NCBI GenBank assembly: GCA_046759185.1
Contig: JBHIBO010000003.1
Coordinates: 18,865-82,864, forward strand
DNA: 64,000 bases
Direction: 5' to 3'
From: Thermoplasmata archaeon
Lineage (GTDB): Archaea; Thermoplasmatota; Thermoplasmata; RBG-16-68-12; JAJISG01
How positions within the stretch are numbered: the stretch's first letter is position 1; every line of letters starts with the position of its first letter. Shown one piece after another: positions 1 to 9,356 of this stretch. The notes under the pieces were generated by a model that saw only the letters and a program-made list of their open reading frames with translations, had not been told where the DNA came from and made no database searches. Made by a program: the position numbers and the translations under genes.

Positions 1-937
1 CGACACGCACGATGCGGCCGGTAATGGCACAGACATCGCCCGTCGCTTCGGCCACCGGGAGGGCGTATCCCAGGTTCACACCGACCTCCGGAATGAGTTC
101 GGGGTCGAGAAACGTGAGAAGGTCCTCCGCCGCGTCGCGGACGGCTTTCCAGACCTCCCAGCGATCGTTCGTATAGGCCGCGTTGATGACGGGGAGCCCT
201 TTCCCGACAGCGTAGGAGGTGGCGAAGCCAGCGGCAACCCGCTTTCGGGCGGTCTGGACACTCTCCGTAAGGCTCCGTCCCAAGGCTAGGTGCCCCGCGA
301 TCGTGGAAGCGTACACGCATCCGCTGCCGTGAAGCTCCCCCGGGTACCGGTGACCCGGGAAGGAGTGAAACTCCTCCCCATCAAACAGGATGTCCACGAG
401 CTCACCCTCCAGGTGGCCCCCCTTTACCAAGACAGCTTGGGGTCCGAGGGCGTGGAGGGCCCGAGCGGCCTCCCGCATTCCCTTCACGTCCCCGATGGTC
501 TTGCCTGTCAAGGCCTCGGCTTCGTGGAGGTTGGGGGTCAAGAGCGTGGCCTCGGGTAAGAGATGTTCCCGAAGGGCCTTCGTGAAACCCGAGGTGTGAA
601 GGGGCGAGCCAGCTGTCGCCACCATGACCGGGTCCACGACCAGGGGGCGGTCCAGGTGTGCAAGCTCCTCGGCGACGGCCTGGACGATGTCCTTGGAGTA
701 TAGCATCCCCGTCTTGGCCGCGTCGATCTCGATGTCGTCCCGGATGGCCTGAATCTGCGCGCGGACCATCTCGACGGGCATCGGCTCGGTGGCTACCACG
801 CCCATCGTGTTCTGGGCCGTCACGGCCGTAATGGCGGTGGCGCCGTGGACGCCGACAGCGGCAAGGGCTTTGAGATCCGCCTGGATGCCTGCCCCACCCC
901 CCGAATCACTGCCAGCGACCACAAGCACGGTGCGCAC
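1..937 (-). CDS. thiD: hydroxymethylpyrimidine/phosphomethylpyrimidine kinase ThiD (C-terminal part runs off the window start)
   Basis: Minus-strand translation from GTG at 937 gives VRTVLVVAGSDSGGGAGIQADLKALAAVGVHGATAITAVTAQNT...AKTGMLYS, the ThiD/PdxK ribokinase-fold signature. The frame stays open to position 1. It is absent from the ORF track only because it is edge-truncated. Confidence 0.8.
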   Translation of the reverse strand, partial: MRTVLVVAGSDSGGGAGIQADLKALAAVGVHGATAITAVTAQNTMGVVATEPMPVEMVRAQIQAIRDDIEIDAAKTGMLYSKDIVQAVAEELAHLDRPLVVDPVMVATAGSPLHTSGFTKALREHLLPEATLLTPNLHEAEALTGKTIGDVKGMREAARALHALGPQAVLVKGGHLEGELVDILFDGEEFHSFPGHRYPGELHGSGCVYASTIAGHLALGRSLTESVQTARKRVAAGFATSYAVGKGLPVINAAYTNDRWEVWKAVRDAAEDLLTFLDPELIPEVGVNLGYALPVAEATGDVCAITGRIVRV

Positions 938-1023
938 GAGGCCAGCATGGGACCGGGCCGGTTAAAGTGCTTTTCGGCCTTATTGCCTCATCCCTTTATT
1001 ACCGGATCCTCGATGGGAACGGC

Positions 1024-1401
1024 ATGCGGGCTCGGAGCGGCCACATCGTCCTTGGCCCCAAGGTTCGCTACAAGGACTTAGAGCCCCTCTTCCGGGACCT
1101 GTTCGCCCTTTTCCTAGAGGAATCCGAACAGACGCGGGACGACCCGGAGTTCTTTGAGATCATCCTGGAGGAGAACCTGCGCGACCTCCGGAACGACCGG
1201 AAGCCCGAAGGATTCAACCGGGACGGCACCATGCGCCTCATCTTCCCCCTCAGCGAGCGGAAGGAGTTCTACCTGTATGGAAGCTCCCGCAGCGTCGAAG
1301 TGCCCCGGGTCACCCAGGCCCTGAGTCAGTACCTGCAGGAGAACAAGATCCGCCACGAGGTCGAGTGGGATGGGCTTTTGCGGGACGCGGGAAAGCATTG
1401 A
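1024..1401 (+). CDS. hypothetical protein (126 aa), likely leaderless
   Basis: ORF 967..1401 trimmed to ATG at 1024 (MRARSGHIVLGPKVRYKDLEPLF...). Protein-like composition. A TATA-like CCTTTATTACC lies about 25-30 nt upstream. No family recognised. Confidence 0.4.
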   Translation: MRARSGHIVLGPKVRYKDLEPLFRDLFALFLEESEQTRDDPEFFEIILEENLRDLRNDRKPEGFNRDGTMRLIFPLSERKEFYLYGSSRSVEVPRVTQALSQYLQENKIRHEVEWDGLLRDAGKH

Positions 1402-1950
1402 TCAACCGAGCGGGACGCGAAGGACCTCGTGGTAGAGGGCGCCCGTGGGGCGCAGCTCGCTCCGCTTGAGTCGAAGCGCCTCGACCCGCTGCGTCCCGAA
1501 GGCATCGTCACGGTGCGTCTCCAGCAGCTGGGTCAAACCCTCCAGGTCTCGCCGGCTCTTCACCCGACCGACCGTCAGGTGCGGTGTGAATCGACGTCGC
1601 TCCCGTTCGAATCCCAGCTCCTGCAGGGACCGCTCCAGTCGCTTGGCCATCCGAACCAGGGGCTCTCCGCCCTGCACGCCAATCCAGAGGACGCGCGGAT
1701 TCCCGCGGCTGGGGAAGGCCCCGCTGCCGTGAAGGGCCAGGGTGAAGGGTTCCTCCTCCTTCACCGCCGCCGCCAGGGCCTCTTGGAGGAAAGGAACGAG
1801 CCCGTCGTCCGTCTCTCCGAGGAACTTGAGGGTGATGTGCAGGTTCTCCGCCGGGACCACCCGCACCCTCGCTCGCGTCGCGCGGAGGGCCTCCAGCAGC
1901 CGCACCGCCGGCCGTGAAGCCTCGATGTCCACCGCGATGAAGGCCCGCAT
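1402..1950 (-). CDS. thpR: RNA 2',3'-cyclic phosphodiesterase / 2'-5' RNA ligase (2H phosphoesterase family)
   Basis: 182 aa carrying two H-x-T-x motifs (HITLKFLG and HLTVGRV) typical of LigT/ThpR. It lies 4 nt downstream of pyrH on the same strand. Confidence 0.8.
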   Translation of the reverse strand: MRAFIAVDIEASRPAVRLLEALRATRARVRVVPAENLHITLKFLGETDDGLVPFLQEALAAAVKEEEPFTLALHGSGAFPSRGNPRVLWIGVQGGEPLVRMAKRLERSLQELGFERERRRFTPHLTVGRVKSRRDLEGLTQLLETHRDDAFGTQRVEALRLKRSELRPTGALYHEVLRVPLG

Positions 1951-1953
1951 CCC

Positions 1954-2643
1954 CTAGGCTCCGATGGTGGTCCCCACGAACTCGCCGCCCACGATGGCCC
2001 CCTCCAGCGCCTCGAAGTCGCGCCCGTAGACCACGAACAGGGGGATGCCTGCGCGGGTGACCACGCGCGTGGCGTACGGATCGAAGACCATGGAAGGCCC
2101 GGCCAGCCCCGTGGGTTCCCCGGCGATAGCCGCCAGCTCCTCGTAGCTCATCCGGTCGATGCGCGAGGCATCGGCATCCTTCGCCGGGTCGGCCGTGTAG
2201 ACCCCATCAACGCTCGTGGCGTTCACGATGCGGTCGGCCTCCACCTTCTCCGCCAATTCCGCCGCGACACCGTCGGTGGTCAGGGAAACCCTAACGCCCC
2301 CCATGACGACCAGGGCGTGCGTTTCCGCCGCCTCCTCCGCCTCCTCATAGCTCCTAGCCACAGCGGGAGAGGCCTGGGGCCCGAGGGCCTGGATGAGGAG
2401 ACGGGCGTTGAGGCGCGTGACGACGATGCCCATCTCGTCGAGGGAGCGCTCGTCGAGGCCCAAGGACCGCCCCGTCTCGATGTACGCACGTGCCGGGCGG
2501 CCGCCCCCCGTCACGAGGAAGAGCTGCCGCTCCCCGGCCAGCCGGTTCAGCAGGGACGCGAGGGTTTGCAGGTACGCCGCATCCCCCTCTCCCGGGACCA
2601 AAATGGATCCTCCCAGGGAGATCACCACTCGCTCTGGGGGCAT
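1954..2643 (-). CDS. pyrH: UMP kinase, archaeal type
   Basis: ORF 1954..2733 trimmed to the internal ATG at 2643, giving MPPERVVISLGGSIL... This is the amino-acid kinase fold, and GIVVTRLNARLL / VVMGG match archaeal PyrH. Confidence 0.85.
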   Translation of the reverse strand: MPPERVVISLGGSILVPGEGDAAYLQTLASLLNRLAGERQLFLVTGGGRPARAYIETGRSLGLDERSLDEMGIVVTRLNARLLIQALGPQASPAVARSYEEAEEAAETHALVVMGGVRVSLTTDGVAAELAEKVEADRIVNATSVDGVYTADPAKDADASRIDRMSYEELAAIAGEPTGLAGPSMVFDPYATRVVTRAGIPLFVVYGRDFEALEGAIVGGEFVGTTIGA

Positions 2644-2686
2644 GCCAATCCTCTTTAACGGGCACGGGGTTAGACGATAAAAGCGT

Positions 2687-3916
2687 ATGGCGGTCCAAGA
2701 GAAGGGCAAGGAGCGGTACCTCTTCAAGCGCAAGCTTGAGGAGATAGAGGCAGCCGAAGGCAGAGGGACCGAGCTCGTCTCCCTCTATGTGCCCCCCAGC
2801 CGACAGGTCTCCGACGTCACGAGCTACCTCCGACAGGAGTTGAGCCAGTCCAGCAACATCAAGAGCAAGACCACACGGAAGAACGTGATGTCGGCCATCG
2901 AGTCCATCATGTCCCGCCTCCGGGCCTTCCGGAAGGTGCCCGAGACCGGTCTGGCCTTCTTTGTGGGACACAAGCAGGTAGGCGCCGACCAGACCCAGAT
3001 GGTCTCTCATGTCGTGGAGCCCCCGGAGCCCGTGTCTACCTTCCTCTATCGATGCGACTCGCAGTTCTTCACGGAGCCCCTCGAGGAGATGCTCCGGGAG
3101 AAGGACCTCTTCGGCCTCGTCGTCATCGACCGCTCCGAGGCCACCCTCGGCCTGCTGCGAGGCAAGCGGATCGAGATCATCAAGAACGTGCAAAGCCTCG
3201 TGCCCAGTAAGCACAGCAAGGGCGGACAGTCCGCCCGGCGCTTCGAACGTCTCATCGAGCAGGCCGCTCACGAGTTCTTCGTGAAGGTCGGCGACCTCAT
3301 GACGGGCGCCTACCTGGAGACCTCCGAGCTGAAGGGGATCTTGCTCGGAGGCCCGGGTGGCACGAAAGACGATTTCCTCAAGGGCGATTACATCCACCAC
3401 GAGCTCAAGAAGGTCGTCCTGGAAACCTTCGATCTGGGATACGCCGATGAATCGGGTCTTCGGGAGATGGTGGAGAAGGCCAAGGATACCCTGGCAGACA
3501 TCGACCTCATGCGGGAGAAGCGCCTCGTTCAGTCCTTCCTGGACCAGGTGCGCCGCCCGGATGGGGGTCTCGCGGTATACGGGGAGGAGGAGGTACGGAA
3601 GGCCCTCGGGCTGGGGGCCGTCGACGTGTTTATGATTTCCGAGGGGCTGCGACAGGTCCGGCTGGAGGTCCGCTGCCCCAACTGCGGGCACCGGGGTCAC
3701 GAGACCACCAAGAGTGGCGAGCCGGGACCGTGCCCCGAGTGCGGCTCCGAAGTCGACGTGGAGGATCGGGCAGACGTCGTGGAAGAGCTCACCGCTCTCG
3801 CCCAGAGCGTCGGAACCCGCGTCGAGTTCATCTCGGTGGAGTCGGAGGAAGGAGCCCTCTTCGGCCGGACGTTTGGCGGTCTGGGAGGCCTCCTGCGCTT
3901 CCAGGTGTCGGGATGA
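2687..3916 (+). CDS. prf1: peptide chain release factor aRF1
   Basis: 409 aa with the NIKS codon-recognition motif (SSNIKSKTTRKNV) and the GGQ peptidyl-hydrolase motif (KGGQSARRFERL). The C-terminal domain carries a CPNCG...CPECG zinc-ribbon insertion. Confidence 0.9.
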   Translation: MAVQEKGKERYLFKRKLEEIEAAEGRGTELVSLYVPPSRQVSDVTSYLRQELSQSSNIKSKTTRKNVMSAIESIMSRLRAFRKVPETGLAFFVGHKQVGADQTQMVSHVVEPPEPVSTFLYRCDSQFFTEPLEEMLREKDLFGLVVIDRSEATLGLLRGKRIEIIKNVQSLVPSKHSKGGQSARRFERLIEQAAHEFFVKVGDLMTGAYLETSELKGILLGGPGGTKDDFLKGDYIHHELKKVVLETFDLGYADESGLREMVEKAKDTLADIDLMREKRLVQSFLDQVRRPDGGLAVYGEEEVRKALGLGAVDVFMISEGLRQVRLEVRCPNCGHRGHETTKSGEPGPCPECGSEVDVEDRADVVEELTALAQSVGTRVEFISVESEEGALFGRTFGGLGGLLRFQVSG

Positions 3917-5637
3917 CGGAGGACCCCTGGCGGGACCTTACCGAGGCGATTGCCGGACTCGTCCGGGCCGGTGAGGAGGCCCTCGACTTCCCCAGCTTGA
4001 ACGTGCCCCTCGAGCTGCCCGCCCCCCGGTTTGGCGACGTCGCCCTCCCCACGCACGGCTACGCCAAACCTGCCCGGGCGCCTCCCGCAGAGATTGCTGC
4101 CCGCCTGTCCGAGGCCATGCCGCAGACGGGTGTCTACGTGAGCGGGCACGAGCCCGTGGCGGGCTACGTGAACTTCCACATCGACCTGGGCGCCTTCGCC
4201 GAACACACCCTGGGGGCCGTCCTGGAACGCGCCGAGGACTACGGGCGGGCGTCCCCCAACGGGGTGCGCACCCTGGTGGAGCACACCAGCGTGAATCCCA
4301 CAGGACCTATCCACGTGGGCCGCGCGCGCAACTCCATCATTGGGGACACCCTCGCCCGTCTCCTCGACCGCACGGGGTACACGGTCACCCGGGAGTTCCT
4401 CGTGAACGACTCCGGCCGCCAGGTCCTGACCCTCGTCTGGGGCCTCGACCACCTGAGCGCGGAGGATGTGGAACCACCGGCGCGGGAGGGGGAGGACTAC
4501 AGGCTGGTGCGCTACTACCAGAAGGCAACCGAAGCCGCCAGGGATCCGGGGGTCACCGAGGAGGTCGACGGCATGGTACGTCGTCTCGAAGCGGGCGATG
4601 AGGAGCTCCGAGGCCGCGTCCGCGCCGTCACGAATCAGATGATGGACGGCATTCTCCGGAGCCTGGGACGGCTGGACATCGCCTTCGACAGTTTCTTCTG
4701 GGACGACCAGGTCCTCGCCGACGGGAGTGCCCAGGGGGTCGTCGAGCGCCTCCGCGGCGGAGGCCACTTGGAAGAGGACGAGGGCGCCCTGTATATCGAC
4801 ATGGCCCCCCATGGATTCGCGGGACGGAATCCTCGCTGGTTCCTTACCCGGCGGGACGGGACCACCCTCTACACCACCCGGGATCTCGCCTACCACCTCG
4901 ACAAGTTTGGCCGGAGTGACGAGGCCCTCAATGTCCTAGGGGAGGACCACCGACTGGAGTTTCAACAGCTCTCGGTGGCTCTTCGCCTGCTTGGGGTCGA
5001 GCAGGAGGCGGAGGCCGTGTTCCTGGCCCACGTCTCCCTCCCCGAGGGACGGCTCTCCACTCGTGGGGGGCGGGTCGTCAACATCGACGACCTGGTGGAC
5101 GAGGCGGTCGAACGGGCCTTGGTCGCCGTGGAGTCCCGCCGGGAGGACCTGTCCAAGGAGGAGATGATGGGGATCGCGAAGGCAGTCGGGATCGGGGCCG
5201 TCCGATACAACATCGTCAAGGTCCAGCCGGAGAAGCGGATCGTGTTCCGATGGGACCAGGCGCTGAGCCTCGAGGGGCAGACCGCCCCCTTCCTCCAGTA
5301 CGCCTACGCGCGGGCGGCGGGGATCCTTGCGAAGTCGGAGGGGCTGGACGGTTGGGATGCCAGTCTCCTGACGCATCCCCAAGAACGGGCCTTGGTGAAG
5401 CTCCTAGGCCGATTTCCGGGCGTCCTGCGGGACGCCGCCGAGCATCGGCGCCCCAATCGGGTGGCCCTCTTCGGGCATGAACTAGCGACGACCTTCAACC
5501 AGTTCTACCGGGACTCCCCCGTGCTCCAGGCTGAGGAGGACCTGCGCGCCGCCCGTCTCGCCCTCGTCATTTCCTTCAAGACTGTCCTGGGGAATCTCCT
5601 AACATGTCTCGGGATTCAGCCCCTGGAGGAGATGTAG
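3913..5637 (+). CDS. argS: arginine--tRNA ligase
   Basis: ORF 3730..5637 trimmed to ATG at 3913 (MTEDPWRDL...), which overlaps the aRF1 stop as ATGA. It has class I signatures including HTSVNPTGPIHVGRARN (HIGH region), and the C-terminal anticodon-binding domain is conserved. Confidence 0.9.
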   Translation: MTEDPWRDLTEAIAGLVRAGEEALDFPSLNVPLELPAPRFGDVALPTHGYAKPARAPPAEIAARLSEAMPQTGVYVSGHEPVAGYVNFHIDLGAFAEHTLGAVLERAEDYGRASPNGVRTLVEHTSVNPTGPIHVGRARNSIIGDTLARLLDRTGYTVTREFLVNDSGRQVLTLVWGLDHLSAEDVEPPAREGEDYRLVRYYQKATEAARDPGVTEEVDGMVRRLEAGDEELRGRVRAVTNQMMDGILRSLGRLDIAFDSFFWDDQVLADGSAQGVVERLRGGGHLEEDEGALYIDMAPHGFAGRNPRWFLTRRDGTTLYTTRDLAYHLDKFGRSDEALNVLGEDHRLEFQQLSVALRLLGVEQEAEAVFLAHVSLPEGRLSTRGGRVVNIDDLVDEAVERALVAVESRREDLSKEEMMGIAKAVGIGAVRYNIVKVQPEKRIVFRWDQALSLEGQTAPFLQYAYARAAGILAKSEGLDGWDASLLTHPQERALVKLLGRFPGVLRDAAEHRRPNRVALFGHELATTFNQFYRDSPVLQAEEDLRAARLALVISFKTVLGNLLTCLGIQPLEEM

Positions 5638-5682
5638 CGCGTCGCGTGGGCGCCTTGGATGCCTGCCAGCGGAGGAATACGC

Positions 5683-8658
5683 CTACCGGGTGATACGCTC
5701 TCGCCCCCGCCCCCGCCCCCGTAGCCTTCGCCGCAGGAAGAGGGCCACCGGGATCCCCACGATCACCGCGATGATGGAGCCGATCAGGAGAGGCTGCTTC
5801 CAAGCCGCCTCCCGAATGTCCACCTGACGCTCCACGGAGTTCCGGGGCCCAATGAAGAGGTCCGGTTCCTCCGGGTCTGTCACGTTGGCCCGCAACGTGT
5901 AATTGCCTAGAGGGCCGGTGATCCAGGTGAACTCAACGACCTTCGTCTCCCCGGCATTCAACGTGTTGTTCGTGGGGTCACCATTGACGTCCTTAAAGGC
6001 CGGACTGATGGAGACCGGATCGCCAGGAGACTGGCCGAACTGGAAGGCGAAGAACGTCACCTGGACGTTATTGGCGCGCGCTCGGTCAGGCTTGTTGGTC
6101 ACGTTGAACGTAATGAAGAGGCTCACAGACCCGAAGAGCGTCGACTCCTCCGGGCTCTCGGGATCGATCTGCATGACGTTGGGCTCAATCTCGAGGTCCG
6201 GTCGGGTCTCCGGGTCGACGCCAACTACGATACTCCGGGTAGCATTACCCTCGTTCCCCGCCTGGTCTGTCACGGTTAACACAACATCGAAGTTGCCGTT
6301 CTCGGTGTACGCATGGGTGACGTTCACCCCGGTCTCTGTGGTATCGTCTCCGAAGTCCCATTCGAAGGTCATGTTCTGGACGCTGTCCAAGTTGTCCGTC
6401 GTGTCCGACCCGTCGAAGAAGTAGGTGACCTTCTCCACGAGACTCGCGACCTCTCGGAAGTCCTCGTCCAGGATGCGGAAGGCCACCTCGGGGGGTGATG
6501 TGTCCTCCACGACCGCCGTCAGGGTGGCGTTGAGGCTCTCCTGGCCCGCCTGGTCCACGGCCGTCAGGTTGACGGTGAAGGTTCCCGGCGCATCGAAGGT
6601 CCAGTCCACGCTCTGACCGGCGGCATCCACCACGCCGTCTCCGTCGAAGTCCCATCGGTACGCGCTGACGACGCCCTCCATCTGATCGTGGATGCGATCG
6701 GTGGAGTTGCCCGCGAAGAACTCGACGACTTGACCTTCCTTGACACTGATGGTCGTGTTGTTGGCATCGAGTCCGAACCCGGTGACGTTGTTTTCGAGGA
6801 ACGCGATGGGGAGGATGCCGTCGACGTGCAAGGTGAAGTCCCGGAAGGTCACATTCTTGCCCACTTCGACAATCGTGAGATTCCCACTGTAGTTGCCCAT
6901 GACCGCGAAGGTCACGTTGGGTCGGATGCCGAAGGCGGTCTTGAGCTGAGGTGTCGAGATATTCTCGAAGGTCCACGTGAAGTTTGAGTCGAGGTTGACG
7001 CGGCCGTTAGGACTGTTTGGGTCGGTGGACTCCTCCGCGCTGAAGGTCATGTTCTCGTCCGTCGGGATGATGGCGGTGTAGTTGTCGACGCTGGCATTCG
7101 TCTCCGTGAAGCGGTCGGGAGGCGCGACGACGAGGACACGAGCCGTCCCTGCGATGGACTTGGCCACGTCCATATCCACCCGGAAGGTCCCTGGGGCGAC
7201 GAGGGGGTCGATGACGATGAGGACGTAGCTCTGGATGTCGACGGACCCTGTGATGGTTTCGGTTTCTCGCTCGTAACTTGGAACGACCTGGATGGCGTAG
7301 GTCGTGTTGACCCGCACCACGCCCTCCGTGTCGTGGGGGGCCGTGATGTTGACGAAGTACATCTGCTCGTCCGCAGGGATCGACGGGTCGATGGCTGTGT
7401 AGTTGGCGAGGCTCGCGATGAGGACGGGGCCGGCCGTCAGGTTGAAGCTGGCGAAGGTGACGTTGTAGTCCGTCACCGACGCGTTGAGGTCGGAACGGTA
7501 GGACTCGCCGTTCGTTGAAAAGAAGCCGACTGTGTCCACCTGTTTCGGGCCCGCTTCGACCAGGAAGGAGCGGAAGGCCTCCCGCTCGGTTGCGTCCAGG
7601 ATTCCGTTCCCATCCCCGAGGGTCATGTCAATCTGCAGGCGGAGGTTCCGGACCGACGCGAAGGGAAGGCCCGGGAAGGTGCTGTCGTCATTGAAGGAGA
7701 GGTTTCGCCACAGGTTGAGCCGATTCCAGTCCCCTTCGGCATAGCGGATCTGCGTGTCGACGCGCTCATCGGGCGACACCTCGAGGACCCGATCGATCCG
7801 GTCGTCCACGCTGACGGTGATCGTGGTGATGTTGGCCGCCTTGCCGTCCGCATCCACGATCAGGATGAACGTCCCCGCGTAGGCGAAGAAGGTGTAGGAG
7901 GTGCCCGTGACGTTGGCCACGAGGAGCCGCCTCGCCGGTGGCGTGCCCCCATCGGTGTTGTAGAGGAAGGCCACGAGCCCGGCTGAGACGAAGGTGCCAT
8001 CGGGCTCTTGGGCGATGCCCACGAGCTTGACCCCGGCGGCCAAGTCCACGGTGCGGGTGGAGTTCATCGTCACGGTCACGTTCTCCACCGCCTTGGCGAA
8101 GGTGTCCGCCTCCACGCGGACCTCGAAGTCTCCGGCCCACACGGTGAAATTCGCATCGCCGGCGGCATCCGTGATGTTCGTTCCCAGGACCTGTCCGGGC
8201 GTCACGTTGAAGAGTTCCACCTGCGCGCCCTGGACGGGGTCGGTGGCGGGATCCCGAACGTGGACCGTCAGGGTCAACGTTGCGGGGGGCATGGCCGCCA
8301 TCTCGATGTTCTTGACGAGGTTCTGTGTGTTGTCGAAACGGAAGACCTCCGTCTCGTTGTCGAAGAAGCCTCCGGCCGTCTTCACGACGATCTTATAGAA
8401 CCCTGGGGTTGGCGTGAACGAAAAGAACCCATCCGGGCCCGTCACAACGCCCACGCTGCCCTTCTGGCCGTGGGCATCGAACAGGGTGACCGCGACAGAC
8501 TCGAGGAGTTCGGTGGGATTACCCGCTTCGGTAACTACACCCTGGACCTGTCGCTGTTGGCCCGCGGACAGGTCCGCTGTGAGGAGTCCAAGCCCCCCGA
8601 GGAGCAGGACGAAGAGAAGAAGAATCGTCGCTGCCCTGTGTCTCCGGTTTGTGTCCAT
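5683..8658 (-). CDS. cell-surface (S-layer-like) glycoprotein with PKD domains, a C-terminal TM anchor and an Arg-rich tail
   Basis: Signal peptide MDTNRRHRAATILLLFVLLLGG. The N-terminus resembles a carboxypeptidase-regulatory-like domain. At least three PKD-like repeats are present (YRWDFDGDG...TFTVNLTAVDQAGQ; FEWDFGDDT...FDVVLTVTDQAGNEG). Dozens of N-x-S/T sequons are present. The C-terminus is IIAVIVGIPVALFLRRRLRGRGRGRERITR. GGAGG lies 7 nt before the ATG at 8658, and the upstream ATG at 8676 is also possible. Confidence 0.75.
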   Translation of the reverse strand: MDTNRRHRAATILLLFVLLLGGLGLLTADLSAGQQRQVQGVVTEAGNPTELLESVAVTLFDAHGQKGSVGVVTGPDGFFSFTPTPGFYKIVVKTAGGFFDNETEVFRFDNTQNLVKNIEMAAMPPATLTLTVHVRDPATDPVQGAQVELFNVTPGQVLGTNITDAAGDANFTVWAGDFEVRVEADTFAKAVENVTVTMNSTRTVDLAAGVKLVGIAQEPDGTFVSAGLVAFLYNTDGGTPPARRLLVANVTGTSYTFFAYAGTFILIVDADGKAANITTITVSVDDRIDRVLEVSPDERVDTQIRYAEGDWNRLNLWRNLSFNDDSTFPGLPFASVRNLRLQIDMTLGDGNGILDATEREAFRSFLVEAGPKQVDTVGFFSTNGESYRSDLNASVTDYNVTFASFNLTAGPVLIASLANYTAIDPSIPADEQMYFVNITAPHDTEGVVRVNTTYAIQVVPSYERETETITGSVDIQSYVLIVIDPLVAPGTFRVDMDVAKSIAGTARVLVVAPPDRFTETNASVDNYTAIIPTDENMTFSAEESTDPNSPNGRVNLDSNFTWTFENISTPQLKTAFGIRPNVTFAVMGNYSGNLTIVEVGKNVTFRDFTLHVDGILPIAFLENNVTGFGLDANNTTISVKEGQVVEFFAGNSTDRIHDQMEGVVSAYRWDFDGDGVVDAAGQSVDWTFDAPGTFTVNLTAVDQAGQESLNATLTAVVEDTSPPEVAFRILDEDFREVASLVEKVTYFFDGSDTTDNLDSVQNMTFEWDFGDDTTETGVNVTHAYTENGNFDVVLTVTDQAGNEGNATRSIVVGVDPETRPDLEIEPNVMQIDPESPEESTLFGSVSLFITFNVTNKPDRARANNVQVTFFAFQFGQSPGDPVSISPAFKDVNGDPTNNTLNAGETKVVEFTWITGPLGNYTLRANVTDPEEPDLFIGPRNSVERQVDIREAAWKQPLLIGSIIAVIVGIPVALFLRRRLRGRGRGRERITR

Positions 8659-8696
8659 CCGTTTGCCTCCGTGCACCCTGCATAGTGCCCACTTTG

Positions 8697-8704
8697 TTTA
8701 GATA
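8697..8704 (-). promoter_or_regulatory. putative TATA box (TATCTAAA on the minus strand) for the surface glycoprotein gene
   Basis: It lies 39-46 nt upstream of the ATG at 8658, the same spacing seen at the two coxMSL promoters. An inverted repeat CCAGCC-TG-GGCTGG at 8706-8719 sits just upstream, and a second TATATAAT is at 8742-8749. Confidence 0.35.
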
Positions 8705-8844
8705 GCCCAGCCTGGGCTGGCATCCGCCTAGCCACCGCGTCTATATAATGCTGGCGGGTGACGCATCCGAGGCCGCGACGTCTGGACGACGACGCAAGGA
8801 AGACGTTCCCGCTGAGAACAAAAACGTAGAGCCGTGTCCGATCA

Positions 8845-9201
8845 CTAAGGCGCGACGCGGGCCCAGATCTCCTCCGGAAGCGTCTCGTAGACCTTCTCCT
8901 CCGGCCGCTCCTCCCGCCGTCGGCGGGCGCGGTCGATGGCGAGATCGTCCAGCTCCCAGTAGAAGGTGCGCCAGGACCGCCCCGTGGGGAGAATCACGGT
9001 CTCCCAGTATGTGTTGAGGAGGCCGGCGTCATGGAGGTCGTAGAAGACCTTGCGATCTTCCTGCTGAAGGGCGTTGTCGATGATGACGGAGTTGAAGCCG
9101 AAGTAGTTCAGGACCCGGAGGGCGGTGTCGCTCGCCTCTTCCGGTGAGATGTCGAGCGTTTTCTCCAGGGCTTCCTGGAGCTCTTCAGGTCGGACAACCA
9201 T
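8845..9201 (-). CDS. hypothetical protein (118 aa)
   Basis: Protein-like ORF with no low-complexity shadow pattern (MVVRPEELQEALEKTLDISPEE...FYWELDDLAIDRARRRREERPEEKVYETLPEEIWARVAP). No family recognised. Confidence 0.5.
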   Translation of the reverse strand: MVVRPEELQEALEKTLDISPEEASDTALRVLNYFGFNSVIIDNALQQEDRKVFYDLHDAGLLNTYWETVILPTGRSWRTFYWELDDLAIDRARRRREERPEEKVYETLPEEIWARVAP

Positions 9202-9356
9202 CCTTACCCACGTGCCCCCCGCTAGTGGTTAATCTGTGTTCGCTACTATAAGTATGTTTCCCCGAACCGTTACCAGCCTCCATCTGGTCGTGCGAAGGGC
9301 TTAACCGGGGAGCCACATGGGAACGTGGACGAGGTCTCCGGCGAGGTGAGGCGAGG

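Noticed and set aside
938-1023. Possible TPP riboswitch upstream of thiD
   Set aside because: The region is only about 85 nt and lacks the conserved CUGAGA and ACCUGAUCUGGAUAAUGCCAGCG cores on either strand. It contains a TATA-like box for the divergent gene instead.
2354-3700. 448-aa minus-strand ORF
   Set aside because: It is antisense to aRF1 and is Arg/Pro/Gly low-complexity. It is a typical shadow ORF of a high-GC coding region.
3697-4896. 399-aa minus-strand ORF
   Set aside because: It is antisense to argS, has a low-complexity composition and no recognisable domain.
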